Source: Euryarchaeota archaeon UBA552
GTDB lineage: Archaea; Thermoplasmatota; Poseidoniia; Poseidoniales; Thalassarchaeaceae
Assembly: GCA_002499585.1 (NCBI GenBank)
Contig: DAMH01000011.1
Location: forward strand, 15,195-79,194
DNA: 64,000 nucleotides
Reading direction: 5' to 3'
Numbering within the stretch: the first letter of the stretch is position 1; every line of letters begins with the position of its first letter. Of the stretch, positions 41,201 through 49,555 are shown in pieces. Under the pieces are notes generated by a model. The model did not search any database and was not told the origin of the DNA. It saw only the letters and a list, made by a program, of their open reading frames with translations. A program made the position numbers and the translations under genes.

Positions 41201-42458
41201 GATAGGGGAGAGTGATTCAACGGGGATCTATCTCATGAAGGGCGACTCCTTCAGTGTTAACGGCACGGTTGTGCACGCAGGATCCGGCATCCCATTCGAC
41301 ATGGACGCTGGAAATACGATGGTAGACGTCTTCTTCGTCTATGGATCTGAGCGAGTCAGTTCTGTGGCCTCGATAGGCCCGGCAGGACACTGGGCCGTTG
41401 AACTTACGCTGCCCGACAGGCCACCAGTATACCCTGTAATGGAGATCGGAACAAGCGTGATCGATCCTCCGGGCGCTGGGGGTTCCCTTGGAAACAATGA
41501 TATCTCAATTACAGTAGACTCGGCTGCACCCACAATATTGTTCGATCAGACCGCATACCCAGACAGCTCACTTTCTGTGGAGGAGTCCGATGAATTGGAC
41601 CGTGTGAAAATAACCCTTCAAATCAATGACGCCGTAGGCATGCAGCAAGGCGACTTAGAGGTAGCATGGGTCTTCAAAAGAGGCGGTGATGTGATAAGTC
41701 AGGTTTCATTTGGATCGATTCCGCTAATTGCTGATCAACCACAGTTTGACATATATCAAGGCGAAGTCGACATGCACCAATCTCTAACCACCACGCTGAT
41801 AGATGGCGATTACGCAGAGTTTTGGGTCGTCTCCACTGACCGGGCTGGCAACCAAGTCAACGGACTAGGAAGCGAGTCTTTGCCCAAAAGGGTCGATGTG
41901 CGAATCATGGAATTCCTGCCGACGCTAACCAACGTTGTTTTCGACCCGACAGATAAACCACTGCCGGGGCAAAGAGTGACCGTTAAGACATTCTGGTCGA
42001 ACCTTGGCAAGAGGGATGGGACACTTTCCCTATCACTCTGGCAAAACAACGGCGGAGAGTCGTGGTCCCAATCCCCTCCGGCTGACGATATCGAAATCCT
42101 TCTGGCCGCGGGCTCTACTAGCGTAGTGGTGGATTTGATTTACGAACCAAGTCTTCCCGGCCCACAGGTCCTCTATGTCATAAATCAGGGAGATTTTCAA
42201 AATCTTGGATACCCTGTGGAGGGAATGATCGTCTCATCAGCCGACATAGACAGCGTTTCTGAAGGAGATTCTACATTGGCATACACCTTGATCGGAGCAG
42301 CCGCCTTGATAATAGTCGGAATAGGTGCATACATGGTCAAGACTGGATCTGGCAGAAGGGACGATGACTACTACGAAGATGAGGATTTTGAGTACGATGA
42401 CGACGAGGATTACGAGTACGATGAGGACGGGTATGACGACGAGGAACAAGACGATTAG
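35253..42458 (+). CDS. Giant surface protein (about 2400 aa): Cys/DxDxD modules, Gly-rich GxGY repeats, three beta-sandwich (MAM/immune-inhibitor-like) domains, Ig-like stalk, TM, Asp/Glu/Tyr tail
   Basis: ATG 35253 MSYAKARRAIIMTALMLLLP signal; DG.xVEY..W, FRF, G.YLD/D repeated three times; TM LIGAAALIIVGIGAYMV. Confidence 0.85.
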   Translation: MSYAKARRAIIMTALMLLLPTTQANVADWRGPDVVKPGPDGSEFTAFRVPTNATIVDSWVEISNDDTAQSSADLLSWSIEDGLRSGIRSGTSFSSSGELILTDDFTVSIVDDFDEGNFTIEMPNGYYHSPGVLSVYNIQESTANPNCNNLSSITVSQGHDFDDDGYLDGQETTSSVEYCPSSGLDTSITSLNITAGGTGYGNGNLTATGGGGSGFAGTYISGREIASATLNAGGSGYTSGTVFNVECGRDCTGSGATVTATSVDANGAITGISLTNSGSNYTTEHVLTLVNTGASGRLADISVTLNSTGEIVSADITSLGTDYTSPPSIVISGTGSGAVITPGLGGFFNWLAEPHPDSATNASCPEGGHVIDLGQDLDNDNELDPTEITQNLTLCHNPDIDYWSSVLAESIDGDVYLDQKNLTHGVVPAKAAEGKVMAATLPGTAVPAGTDTSLFLPPMEVPADDLQIGYTLSFQHWYHVDSTSNGGGDGAWVEYRLMNGTWGNWSYIEPTGGYPSTLSPDGPSVDGQPAGNLPVFASETHSGWVSNDIDLTTIPQIQDSDEIQFRFRLWTHPSAQNLRPGWYLDNISYQNVGGTDGGWLHGCASPAGTTCLYSNYAYGALQTQFSTQGTNSASIVRVHLEYDLEGSSFDNFCVEMSSNNITWTDISSATSATTQNCEDRSGAIPGSTGDQSGGLIIQDYPLPSQFTNQANVHLRFIVDTDGSVGYGTPQDNFEGLFITDVSLVTPGTSVHWSDDLGSSTTFFHYAATPPSTSFGGPTDDWNHIQRFGGVIDQVLGFENSFATPPESEHASGWSHSGSTGGTTWEYGFPGSSLTLEEPNSFPYLYGTDLNGEYLDNWNGYLESPQYDIPTSGATLQFAKWACMDQFDSDGAVLQYKVNNGGWQYFQPSIPGWYDGVKTSWNNPFGTNEVWFNDDCGLDEMSFREAPLDQWGGETMTFRFWFQSDTCCQSSTWANDDFEGFYLDDFGVLIPNYSSNGSWLSPDIQLTNHDSFNLGFLDIDAEIPEGTRVLASIIDATTMIPVDGYQMRSLPLSMAGINPVSSPSVNVQLHLETVNSSLTPVIKSVRLDGFRTLSADSGEGNGWEFSPSLVIENGEIVTTGIAGGIDSDFVTSSRPIKAVTVSGDYSGVTLSFKDANGANLGPPSVTGGLVEFPWSQPGFRVDISLSPTGYINQLNISAKFTEPAKSPSLDLGSDGTDDWLFPFGTSYGHLGWQSMIDSGTSTRSTSLVLDPSNPSTVPVIVPAGSSTDPNLDSTSWVVSGYLAVSPVGADTLLSPVTLSIGSASVTTSGTDEGPKYLHLTGQMISEINAVQTSIEDTVGNRNWKLLGFEVSSSTQQEISISTLGLSYYLHENFSSLQDIVTASMAAIQSNSSDTNIPFSVSSDGGMISVGGGAYYDYITTNYPFTPPNTFVPRGDHYTLYTEHSHLYDNGLISSIRLVGTTEEGDTAIFTATTEGGDWSDSASTTFQQSGNGIPGISLVEIESSVDVVTDESGSERLRANWSIASTWGPDDVSTISWSSSAVDTDGQTRWSADSSSGVGGRSAYENDLEIESFTVRNHLGNLVSDQFSSMYPFPVDPGNNLFIEGSVRFEGSPDLRPDSSDFLVSVNLSGTSVAMTSGEDGSFYGELTIPLGTPTISLSPVIDSIGPNNQIVGAYDLTIDHPVINAIVDQDPPIAGPIQVLTPLGFQNAAGKIVGPDAPLTVYVTVSDTDARDSDVTLRYWRSGVDDANMDGIPSQDEYESITAPLAIGFSGEEQKDFTGIDLSGVPFNSPVYMYIEGTDWSGRSYQSGGTGGGPGVDEAWATLLVAENVETQILGSGFALDRASGYLMPGIEHTFTMVIDEPNGIRTLDGIDLMLCDDGPTGLGKMHWNPAEQILTSPDDSYLTLTGARATPVQSDSILSVEMDFILDWDFPWTPGDALCSPRVIITDDLQVAAQSSLLTTLSWELDNQLEAIPNSASDLTLPIGESDSTGIYLMKGDSFSVNGTVVHAGSGIPFDMDAGNTMVDVFFVYGSERVSSVASIGPAGHWAVELTLPDRPPVYPVMEIGTSVIDPPGAGGSLGNNDISITVDSAAPTILFDQTAYPDSSLSVEESDELDRVKITLQINDAVGMQQGDLEVAWVFKRGGDVISQVSFGSIPLIADQPQFDIYQGEVDMHQSLTTTLIDGDYAEFWVVSTDRAGNQVNGLGSESLPKRVDVRIMEFLPTLTNVVFDPTDKPLPGQRVTVKTFWSNLGKRDGTLSLSLWQNNGGESWSQSPPADDIEILLAAGSTSVVVDLIYEPSLPGPQVLYVINQGDFQNLGYPVEGMIVSSADIDSVSEGDSTLAYTLIGAAALIIVGIGAYMVKTGSGRRDDDYYEDEDFEYDDDEDYEYDEDGYDDEEQDD

Positions 42459-42585
42459 ATGCATTCCCGGACACTACCGTAGGTAGACGAAAATCCAGCC
42501 CAAGACTTCGTTTGCGAGGGCTTGTTTATTACCTAGGACGTGACTATACCCGTTCGGAACGTCAACCGTTCTGGGTGGGATTTAT

Positions 42586-42738
42586 GTGGACGAAGTAGTT
42601 GAACTAAGGAAGGAAATTGAAGACCTGAGGCAATTGGTGCACACTCTATTGACGGTAATAATGGAAGAGTCCGATGGGTCTGATCAGGCTCTGAGACCAG
42701 TTGGGGTGGAAGGCATACCCCCTGGTTATTCAATGTAG
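42586..42738 (+). CDS. Putative 50-aa coiled-coil small protein (not in ORF track)
   Basis: GTG after GGGTGGGA; MDEVVELRKEIEDLRQLVHTLLTVIMEESDGSDQALRPVGVEGIPPGYSM; ends 1 nt before the convergent alkA stop. Confidence 0.65.
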   Translation: MDEVVELRKEIEDLRQLVHTLLTVIMEESDGSDQALRPVGVEGIPPGYSM

Positions 42739-42739
42739 A

Positions 42740-43357
42740 CTAATAATTCACAGGCTCCGGGTCGATCGTTCTCCAGAGATACCACGTTGCAACCGTCCTG
42801 TATGGCCTCCAGGGCTCGGAAATGGAAATAACGTCCTCCAGCGGAAGCCGCTCACCCCCAGCATAGTTTTTCTCGACAGCTCGAAGGAGCCCCACGTCCC
42901 CTGTGGGGAAGATATCTGGTAAACCGAGTGAGAAAATGAGGGCCATGTCAACAGTCCATGGCCCAACACCTCTAATTTTCATCAGGGCATCTTTGACTTG
43001 CGGTTCATTCAGTGTTGACCAATCCACTTCCTTTAGCCCGCCGCACCACTCTTTCGCTATCCCGGTGATGTACTCTGACTTCCTCATTGAGAGGCCGCAA
43101 CCCCTCAAATCACCTATTTCGACTTGGAGGACTGATTGGGGCGTTACCTGTCCAAGTAGATCCGTCATTCTAGACCACACCGCATCGGCGGCTTGTACTG
43201 AAATCTGTTGGCCCACCACTGCCTTGATCAGTGTCCGGCCGACATTTCCGTTCGGTTTCAACCGCGGCTCACGATACTGGGTGATGATATCGCCCATTCT
43301 GGGGTCACTTGAGGATAGGTGTTCGATAGCATCGAGCCAGAATTCAGGTGAGCCCAC
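42740..43357 (-). CDS. alkA: DNA-3-methyladenine glycosylase II (AlkA/HhH-GPD)
   Basis: VVGQQISV.AA, GLS.RK.EYI, IRGVGPWT, DIFP.GDVGL, WRPYRTVATWYLW. GTG 43357 preferred start. Confidence 0.9.
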   Translation of the reverse strand: MGSPEFWLDAIEHLSSSDPRMGDIITQYREPRLKPNGNVGRTLIKAVVGQQISVQAADAVWSRMTDLLGQVTPQSVLQVEIGDLRGCGLSMRKSEYITGIAKEWCGGLKEVDWSTLNEPQVKDALMKIRGVGPWTVDMALIFSLGLPDIFPTGDVGLLRAVEKNYAGGERLPLEDVISISEPWRPYRTVATWYLWRTIDPEPVNY

Positions 43358-43410
43358 ATCGATCCGACAAGGTAGGGAGGTTTCAATATGGGGTATATTT
43401 CCCGTCGACC

Positions 43411-43902
43411 ATGGACGCTGCAAGGGCTGCTATGATTGGAGGCGCCGCTTTCACTGTGATATTGGTGGGGGCTGTCATATGGGATGAAATTGCACCGCCT
43501 CCAACACCAGACAATGCGCAGGAAGTTGCAGACTTCTGTCTTGGGGACCACAGCAACATTGGAGTTCATTACCACCCTCTCATTGAAATCATCATAAATG
43601 GCCAAGAAGTGAGCATACCAGCAAATATCGGCATAAATCACGATGGATGCTCGATGAGGGGGGTCCACACACATGATTCTTCAGGCAAGATACATGTAGA
43701 GATGGACAAGAAATACAATGTTCCGGCCGAGTCCTTCTTCTTGATTTGGGGCGAAACTTTCAACGAGAATCAAATCCTAGACTATGTGGTGGACGATGAC
43801 CACGAAATAGTGGTCACACTAAACGGTGACAGTGTCGATACCTTTGAGGATACCGTCATGGAAGATTCAGAGGTTCTAAGGATAGAATACAAACCAAAGT
43901 GA
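43411..43902 (+). CDS. Membrane-anchored His-rich, putative metal-binding protein
   Basis: N-terminal TM; HYHP, IPANIGI, VHTHD.SG.IHVE. Confidence 0.7.
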   Translation: MDAARAAMIGGAAFTVILVGAVIWDEIAPPPTPDNAQEVADFCLGDHSNIGVHYHPLIEIIINGQEVSIPANIGINHDGCSMRGVHTHDSSGKIHVEMDKKYNVPAESFFLIWGETFNENQILDYVVDDDHEIVVTLNGDSVDTFEDTVMEDSEVLRIEYKPK

Positions 43903-45375
43903 TTACCCCTTGACGACACCCAATGGCGTCAACCTGGCCACTGGTCTTGCCAGACCGGCTGAATTCGTGATTCGAACCACTTCATCGACGTCCTTGTAGG
44001 CTTCGGGTGCTTCTTCTGATATCAGTGACCTCGTTTTAGCCCTGACGACGACTCCCTTTCTCTCCAACTCGGCCAAGAGTGTTTCTGTGTCTATGCTTTT
44101 TCTCGCAGCTGTTCGTGAAAGCCTCCTACCTGCTCCGTGACAAGAGGATGAAAAGGCATCGTTCTCTCCTATTTTTGGTCCTGCAAGTACCCAAGACGCC
44201 CTGCCCATATCACCTGGGACCAGAACCGGCTGACCAACCCCTCTGAACCTCTCGTTCAAATCTGGGTTGCTTCCTGAAAATGCACGAGTAGCGCCCTTCC
44301 TGTGTACACAGCATTTACAACTCTCTCCATGAACTGTATGCGTCTCTACCTTGGCGATGTTGTGACTTACATCATAGGCTACACTGATATCCGCGTCGTT
44401 GGAGGAAATTGTCCGAAATGATTGCCTCACCCTCTCTGTGAGTGCAGACCGATTTGCAAATGCGAAGTTTCCTGCTGCCCTCATTGAATCAAGGTAGGCC
44501 TGACCTTCACGAGAGTGAATTGGTGCGCATGCCAACTGACGGTCGGCGATATCGAAACCCCACTTTTGTGAAACCCACCTACCTCCTATTTCGTGATATT
44601 CAGCTTCAATCGCCTTCACGTGATCGCTGCAGACCTGGTGACCAAGCCCCCTCGAACCGGTGTGAATCATAACCGTAAGTTCCCCTTCGTGCAGTCCAAA
44701 CTCCTTCGCCGCTGTCGTATCTACCACTTTGTCAACCATTTGCACTTCCAGAAAGTGATTTCCAGATCCTAATGTTCCGAGGGCCTTCTTTCCCCTCTTT
44801 TTCGCCCTATCGCTGAGGTCACGCTCTGCGGATTCCATTACACCTCCAGATTCTATGTTTTGAAGGTCTTCCTCGTACCCCAGCCCTAGATCTGTTGCGG
44901 CCTTTGCCCCGCGTGACAATATGTCATCTAGATTGGGGTCAGAGAGTGTGACCCCGCCTTTGGACGAGGCGCCCGCAGGGACCTCCCTCTGCAATTTGTC
45001 CATTATTTCCTTGATGTCTGAGTCTTCAGCCATTAGCCCCGTTGAAAGTAGCCTCACTCCGCAATTGATATCGAAGCCGACACCGCCGGGGGATATAGCA
45101 CCCCCTTGCTCACCGTATTCGACGGATGTCGCGACCACCCCCCCAATGGGGAATCCATATCCAAAATGCCAGTCTGCCATAGCCCATGCCTCTCCGACAA
45201 TGCCTGGTAACTCGGCCGTATTCACGAGCTGCTGCGGGGTCCTGTCGTCAAAATTACCCTGTAGCATATTTGGTTCAGCAACCATCATAGCGTCTGCTAA
45301 CATCCTTCCATGTTTCCTAATCCTCACTCTTCCGGGGCCCGCTACCTCTGTGTGGTCCGACCAAGAATCGCCCAT
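43903..45375 (-). CDS. rtcB: RNA-splicing ligase RtcB
   Basis: D.HFGYGFPIGGV, GFDINCGVR, GTLGSGNHFLE, HTGSRG, HNIAK, HRKGATR, HGAGR, EEAP.AYK. Confidence 0.95.
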   Translation of the reverse strand: MGDSWSDHTEVAGPGRVRIRKHGRMLADAMMVAEPNMLQGNFDDRTPQQLVNTAELPGIVGEAWAMADWHFGYGFPIGGVVATSVEYGEQGGAISPGGVGFDINCGVRLLSTGLMAEDSDIKEIMDKLQREVPAGASSKGGVTLSDPNLDDILSRGAKAATDLGLGYEEDLQNIESGGVMESAERDLSDRAKKRGKKALGTLGSGNHFLEVQMVDKVVDTTAAKEFGLHEGELTVMIHTGSRGLGHQVCSDHVKAIEAEYHEIGGRWVSQKWGFDIADRQLACAPIHSREGQAYLDSMRAAGNFAFANRSALTERVRQSFRTISSNDADISVAYDVSHNIAKVETHTVHGESCKCCVHRKGATRAFSGSNPDLNERFRGVGQPVLVPGDMGRASWVLAGPKIGENDAFSSSCHGAGRRLSRTAARKSIDTETLLAELERKGVVVRAKTRSLISEEAPEAYKDVDEVVRITNSAGLARPVARLTPLGVVKG

Positions 45376-45487
45376 GGACCGCCACAGTACTGAATCTTCA
45401 AGAAATAGTCGATCCGGATTAGTCGCAGAAGCTTGTTTTTACACACAGGCTGGGAACCACTAAGTCCTCCGGCCTCGACCAGGTGGC

Positions 45488-46636
45488 ATGCTTGGATTCA
45501 AGTTGTCAGAAGAACAGCAGATGCTTCGTGAACTTGCCAGGGACTTTGCAATGGAAAATGTTAGGCCCAAAGCAGAGAAATGGGATTTAGAAAGCCAATT
45601 TCCTCTTGATGCAATAAAAGAGGCTCACTCCCTCGGTTTGACCAATTTGCATATTCCAGAGAAGTACGGAGGCCCTGGGATGGGCGTTCTAGAGGAAGCC
45701 ATCGTTGGCGAAGAGATGTCTTGGGGAGACCCCGGTTTTGGGACGGCTCAGTATTCCAACGGCCTGACAGCCGCCCCAATTATTACTGGTGGCACAGAAT
45801 ATCAGAAAGAAAAATATCTGCGCATGCTCGCAGAAAAGCCACTAATAGCATCCTACTGCGTAACCGAACCAGGTGCGGGGAGCGACGTCTCAGCAATCAA
45901 GACAACGGCTGTGTTGGAAGGTGACTACTACATTCTGAATGGCAGCAAGATGTGGATAACAGGCGCGGGGCAGGCGGAATGGTTCTTCGTGCTAGCATAC
46001 ACAGACCAGACCAAGGGCTACAAGGGCATGAGTGCATTCATTGTCGAGTCTGGATGGGATGGAGTTGAATTGGGAAAGAAGGAAACCAACATGGGTCAAA
46101 GGGCATCCGACACTCGAGGCGTGACTTTCACAGATGTGAGCGTGCCCAAAGAGAACCTCGTCGGAGGTGTTGAGGGAATGGGGTGGATGAACGCAATGAA
46201 GGCCTTTGATTACTCAAGACCAGTCGTCGCAGCTCAGGCAGTGGGCATATCCAGGGCCGCCTACGAACACGCCCTTCACTATTCAAACGAGCGCCAGTCC
46301 TTCGGCAAGAAGCTCCATGAACATCAGTCGATACAGTTCATTCTCGCCGACATGAAAACCAAGATAGAAGCCAGCCGTTTACTATGCTGGAAGTCGGCAT
46401 GGGAGGCAGATAACGGTATAAGGAACACAGAAAGTGCTGCTCACGCGAAGCGCTTCTCCGCAGATGCCTGCATGGAAATAACCACGGACGCAGTACAGGT
46501 TTTCGGCGGCTACGGGTACTCAGAGGAGTACCCCGTTGCCAGGTTAATGAGAGGTGCTAAAGTTCTTCAGATATACGAGGGAAGCAGTCAAGTTCAGCGA
46601 ATGATCATCGGAAGAGAGATGCTCAAAGGCTTGTAG
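45488..46636 (+). CDS. Acyl-CoA dehydrogenase
   Basis: TEPGAGSD, LNGSKMWIT, ERQSFGK, AVQVFGGYGY..EYPV, QIYEGSSQVQR. Confidence 0.95.
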   Translation: MLGFKLSEEQQMLRELARDFAMENVRPKAEKWDLESQFPLDAIKEAHSLGLTNLHIPEKYGGPGMGVLEEAIVGEEMSWGDPGFGTAQYSNGLTAAPIITGGTEYQKEKYLRMLAEKPLIASYCVTEPGAGSDVSAIKTTAVLEGDYYILNGSKMWITGAGQAEWFFVLAYTDQTKGYKGMSAFIVESGWDGVELGKKETNMGQRASDTRGVTFTDVSVPKENLVGGVEGMGWMNAMKAFDYSRPVVAAQAVGISRAAYEHALHYSNERQSFGKKLHEHQSIQFILADMKTKIEASRLLCWKSAWEADNGIRNTESAAHAKRFSADACMEITTDAVQVFGGYGYSEEYPVARLMRGAKVLQIYEGSSQVQRMIIGREMLKGL

Positions 46637-46662
46637 ATCCGGATTTTCCACAACGCTTTGAA

Positions 46663-49518
46663 ATGCAGAACACAGCAGCAAGGGTCGTGGTGTTTGGCGA
46701 GATAGACATTCCCTTCTGGTCAGAGGAAGGTTTCAGACTCGCAATTTGTGAGGAGACCGGGTCTAGATTCTGGACAAGGGATCAAACTAGGACCACGTCG
46801 GGTGACACCCAAAGAGACCCTTACACCTTCATCGGGAAACCGATTATCTCAGGCTATGATGTCCGGGGAAGCCCGCTGAAGGATGCCATGAGGCACGAAT
46901 TCTTGACTTTCTTTGAGGATCGCGGGCACAAGAAAATCGCCCCTTACCCAGTTGTCGCACGATGGAGAGATGACATCCACCTCACGATCGCTAGCATCGC
47001 AGATTTTCAGCCCCATGTGACTTCTGGGAAAACACCTCCTCCCGCAAATCCCCTGACAATAAGTCAACCATGCATCAGATTGACTGATGTGGCTGCTGTC
47101 GGACGCAGCGGCAGACATCTAACAACATTCGAGATGATGGCCCATCACGCCTTCAATCGCGAAGCAAGTGACGATTTTCACTACTGGATAGACAAATGCG
47201 TCCGCCTTTGTGATGAATTGCTGACGGAGTCATTTGGCATCATTGGCACGGATATCACTTATGTCGAAAATCCGTGGTCCGGCGGGGGAAATGCCGGCGC
47301 AGCACTGGAGGTCATAGTTGGAGGACTTGAACTAGCAACACTTGTTTTTATGGATTTAGAGGAACATCCAGAGGGAGATACAGAAATCAAAGGGCTAATG
47401 TATCGAAAAATGGATCAGAAAATCATAGACACTGGATACGGTCTTGAGAGGTTCTGCTGGGCAGCGGCAGGAACTCCAACGATTTACGAGGCAGTTTATC
47501 CAGAAACTGTGTCTAACTTACGAAAGATTACAGATTTCGACAACAGAGTAAAATCACTTGGATTGCCGATTGACATGGATTACCTTTTGGGCGAGCTTTC
47601 CAGACTCGCCGGAATTTTGAACATTGATGTCGGTACTGACGCTGAGGAGCTGTATGTCTCGCTTGCCGCGAAAATATCAGGGGGAAAAATCCAGATATCG
47701 GTGGATCAACTCAAGGAGATAACCGAGCCCCTGTCCTTAATTTATGCAATCCCTGACCACCTCCAAGCAGTGTGTTCCATGCTTGGAGACGGATTAGTCC
47801 CCAGCAATTCCAAAGCAGGTTACCTCCCGAGAATGTTGGCTAGAAGGGTCTGTAGGATGAAGGCTGAATTGGGAATCAATCTATCATTGGCTGAATTGGG
47901 GCAAAAGCACATTGATAATCACATGAGGGCTCTGGATAAGTCATCTGTTGAGGGTATTTTGCTCATGCTGAAATCAGAGGAGGAAAAATATAACTCGATG
48001 CTACAGAGAGGCAGATCTGCAGTCAAAACTGCTCTCAAGGACATTCACAAAAACGCAAGTTCGATTGATGACCAAATACTCATCAGGCTTGCCGAGGAAA
48101 GGGGCATTCAACCAGATATGACACTAACTATCGCTAGAGAGTCTGGATGGGAAAACCTCGAGATAAGAGTGGGATTTTCTGCTGAAATGGCAGCTAGGAG
48201 CGCTGACAGGACCAAACAAGAGTCCCTCCGAAAGGCAAGTAAAGAAACATATCAAATCCAACATGACAGGCCAACAGTACGACTATTTGATCAGGATCCC
48301 GATATCCTTGAATTCAAGGCCAGAGTGGTATTTTGCGAAAAAATAATTTCGAGGGACGAGGAGGGAAGTCCAGAGAGGTGGGTGGTAGCGCTAGATCAAT
48401 CCGCATTTTACCCCACAAGTGGTGGACAAGAGTGCGATCTCGGTTGGATTGAAAACTCAAGGGTCACAGAAGTCACGTCGGAAAAAGGGATAATTTTACA
48501 CTATATTGAGACCGAGTTGCCGGGCTCAGAAGTGACTGGAAGAGTAGACAGAAAAAGACGAAAGCAGATCACACAACATCACTCGGCTGTTCATGTGGTC
48601 GGAGGTTCTGCAAGGAAAGTACTCGGGCAGCATGTATGGCAGGCGGGGTCGTACAAGAGCAGAGACCTGGCCAGGCTTGATATAACACACTTCGAGCGAT
48701 TGACAAGAGCACAGCTGGATCAAATTGAGGATCATGCGAATTTGATTGTCGAAAGTAGCATCGATATCGACATTAAAGTAGTTCCCAGATCTCACGCCGA
48801 CGAATTCTATGGATTCACCATATACCAGGGGGGAGCTCCCAAACACGACAGAATAAGAATTGTTGATATCAATGGACATGACACACAGGCATGCGGGGGA
48901 ACGCACGTTGGCAACACCTCCGAAATAAGCGATATTCGACTGGTACGCTCCAGTCAAGTCCAAGACGGGGTGGAACGTCTCGTTGTCATGGCAGGAGAGG
49001 CAGCCAGAGAACACGCCAGGCAACAAACTGAGATTCTGACAAAGTCTGCGGATATTCTTGGAGTGCAGCCAGAGGACCTACCTAAGGCCGTTGACAGATT
49101 CTTCAGAGAATGGAAAGATCAGAGGAAGACGATCGAAAATCTAAGGGCAGAAGTCACCAGGATCAGAGCTGGCGGAGACTCATCGGCTACGAATAAAGAC
49201 GGGGTGAGGTACGTACTCATGGAAATGGAAGGGGAATTTCGGGACTTAATGTCAACATTGGGCGAGTTGACCAGAGACCCACAAAACCCAACTGTTGCGA
49301 TACTTGCAAGTCGAAGCGGAGGAGGAAAGATCGTAGTTGCCATCACAGAGGATACGATTGCATCCAAACGACACAATGCGGCAACCATAGTGAAGGCAAT
49401 GGCCCCCTCGATCAAGGGGTCAGGCGGCGGAAAGCCCACTATGGCACAAGCCAGCGGCAAGGACCCTGAAGGAATGGAATCAGCAATGTCAGCGGCTAGG
49501 TCTGAATTAGGCATCTAA
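46663..49518 (+). CDS. alaS: Alanyl-tRNA synthetase, archaeal full-length
   Basis: YPVVARWRDD, ASIADFQP, HLTTFEM, DTGYGLER, editing HSAVH and CGGTH, C-Ala GGGKPTMAQ; start may be GTG 46687. Confidence 0.95.
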   Translation: MQNTAARVVVFGEIDIPFWSEEGFRLAICEETGSRFWTRDQTRTTSGDTQRDPYTFIGKPIISGYDVRGSPLKDAMRHEFLTFFEDRGHKKIAPYPVVARWRDDIHLTIASIADFQPHVTSGKTPPPANPLTISQPCIRLTDVAAVGRSGRHLTTFEMMAHHAFNREASDDFHYWIDKCVRLCDELLTESFGIIGTDITYVENPWSGGGNAGAALEVIVGGLELATLVFMDLEEHPEGDTEIKGLMYRKMDQKIIDTGYGLERFCWAAAGTPTIYEAVYPETVSNLRKITDFDNRVKSLGLPIDMDYLLGELSRLAGILNIDVGTDAEELYVSLAAKISGGKIQISVDQLKEITEPLSLIYAIPDHLQAVCSMLGDGLVPSNSKAGYLPRMLARRVCRMKAELGINLSLAELGQKHIDNHMRALDKSSVEGILLMLKSEEEKYNSMLQRGRSAVKTALKDIHKNASSIDDQILIRLAEERGIQPDMTLTIARESGWENLEIRVGFSAEMAARSADRTKQESLRKASKETYQIQHDRPTVRLFDQDPDILEFKARVVFCEKIISRDEEGSPERWVVALDQSAFYPTSGGQECDLGWIENSRVTEVTSEKGIILHYIETELPGSEVTGRVDRKRRKQITQHHSAVHVVGGSARKVLGQHVWQAGSYKSRDLARLDITHFERLTRAQLDQIEDHANLIVESSIDIDIKVVPRSHADEFYGFTIYQGGAPKHDRIRIVDINGHDTQACGGTHVGNTSEISDIRLVRSSQVQDGVERLVVMAGEAAREHARQQTEILTKSADILGVQPEDLPKAVDRFFREWKDQRKTIENLRAEVTRIRAGGDSSATNKDGVRYVLMEMEGEFRDLMSTLGELTRDPQNPTVAILASRSGGGKIVVAITEDTIASKRHNAATIVKAMAPSIKGSGGGKPTMAQASGKDPEGMESAMSAARSELGI

Positions 49519-49555
49519 ATCGGCGCCTTCATGTGCCTCGTATCGATGGGGATAC

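Noticed and set aside
42533-42733. 66-aa minus-strand ORF
   Set aside because: The opposite 50-aa ORF has a Shine-Dalgarno-like site and protein-like pattern; this is its shadow.
35124-42740. Possible integrated element at tRNA-Thr
   Set aside because: No integrase and no duplicated tRNA 3' end noticed by eye; an exact-repeat search would be needed to exclude it.
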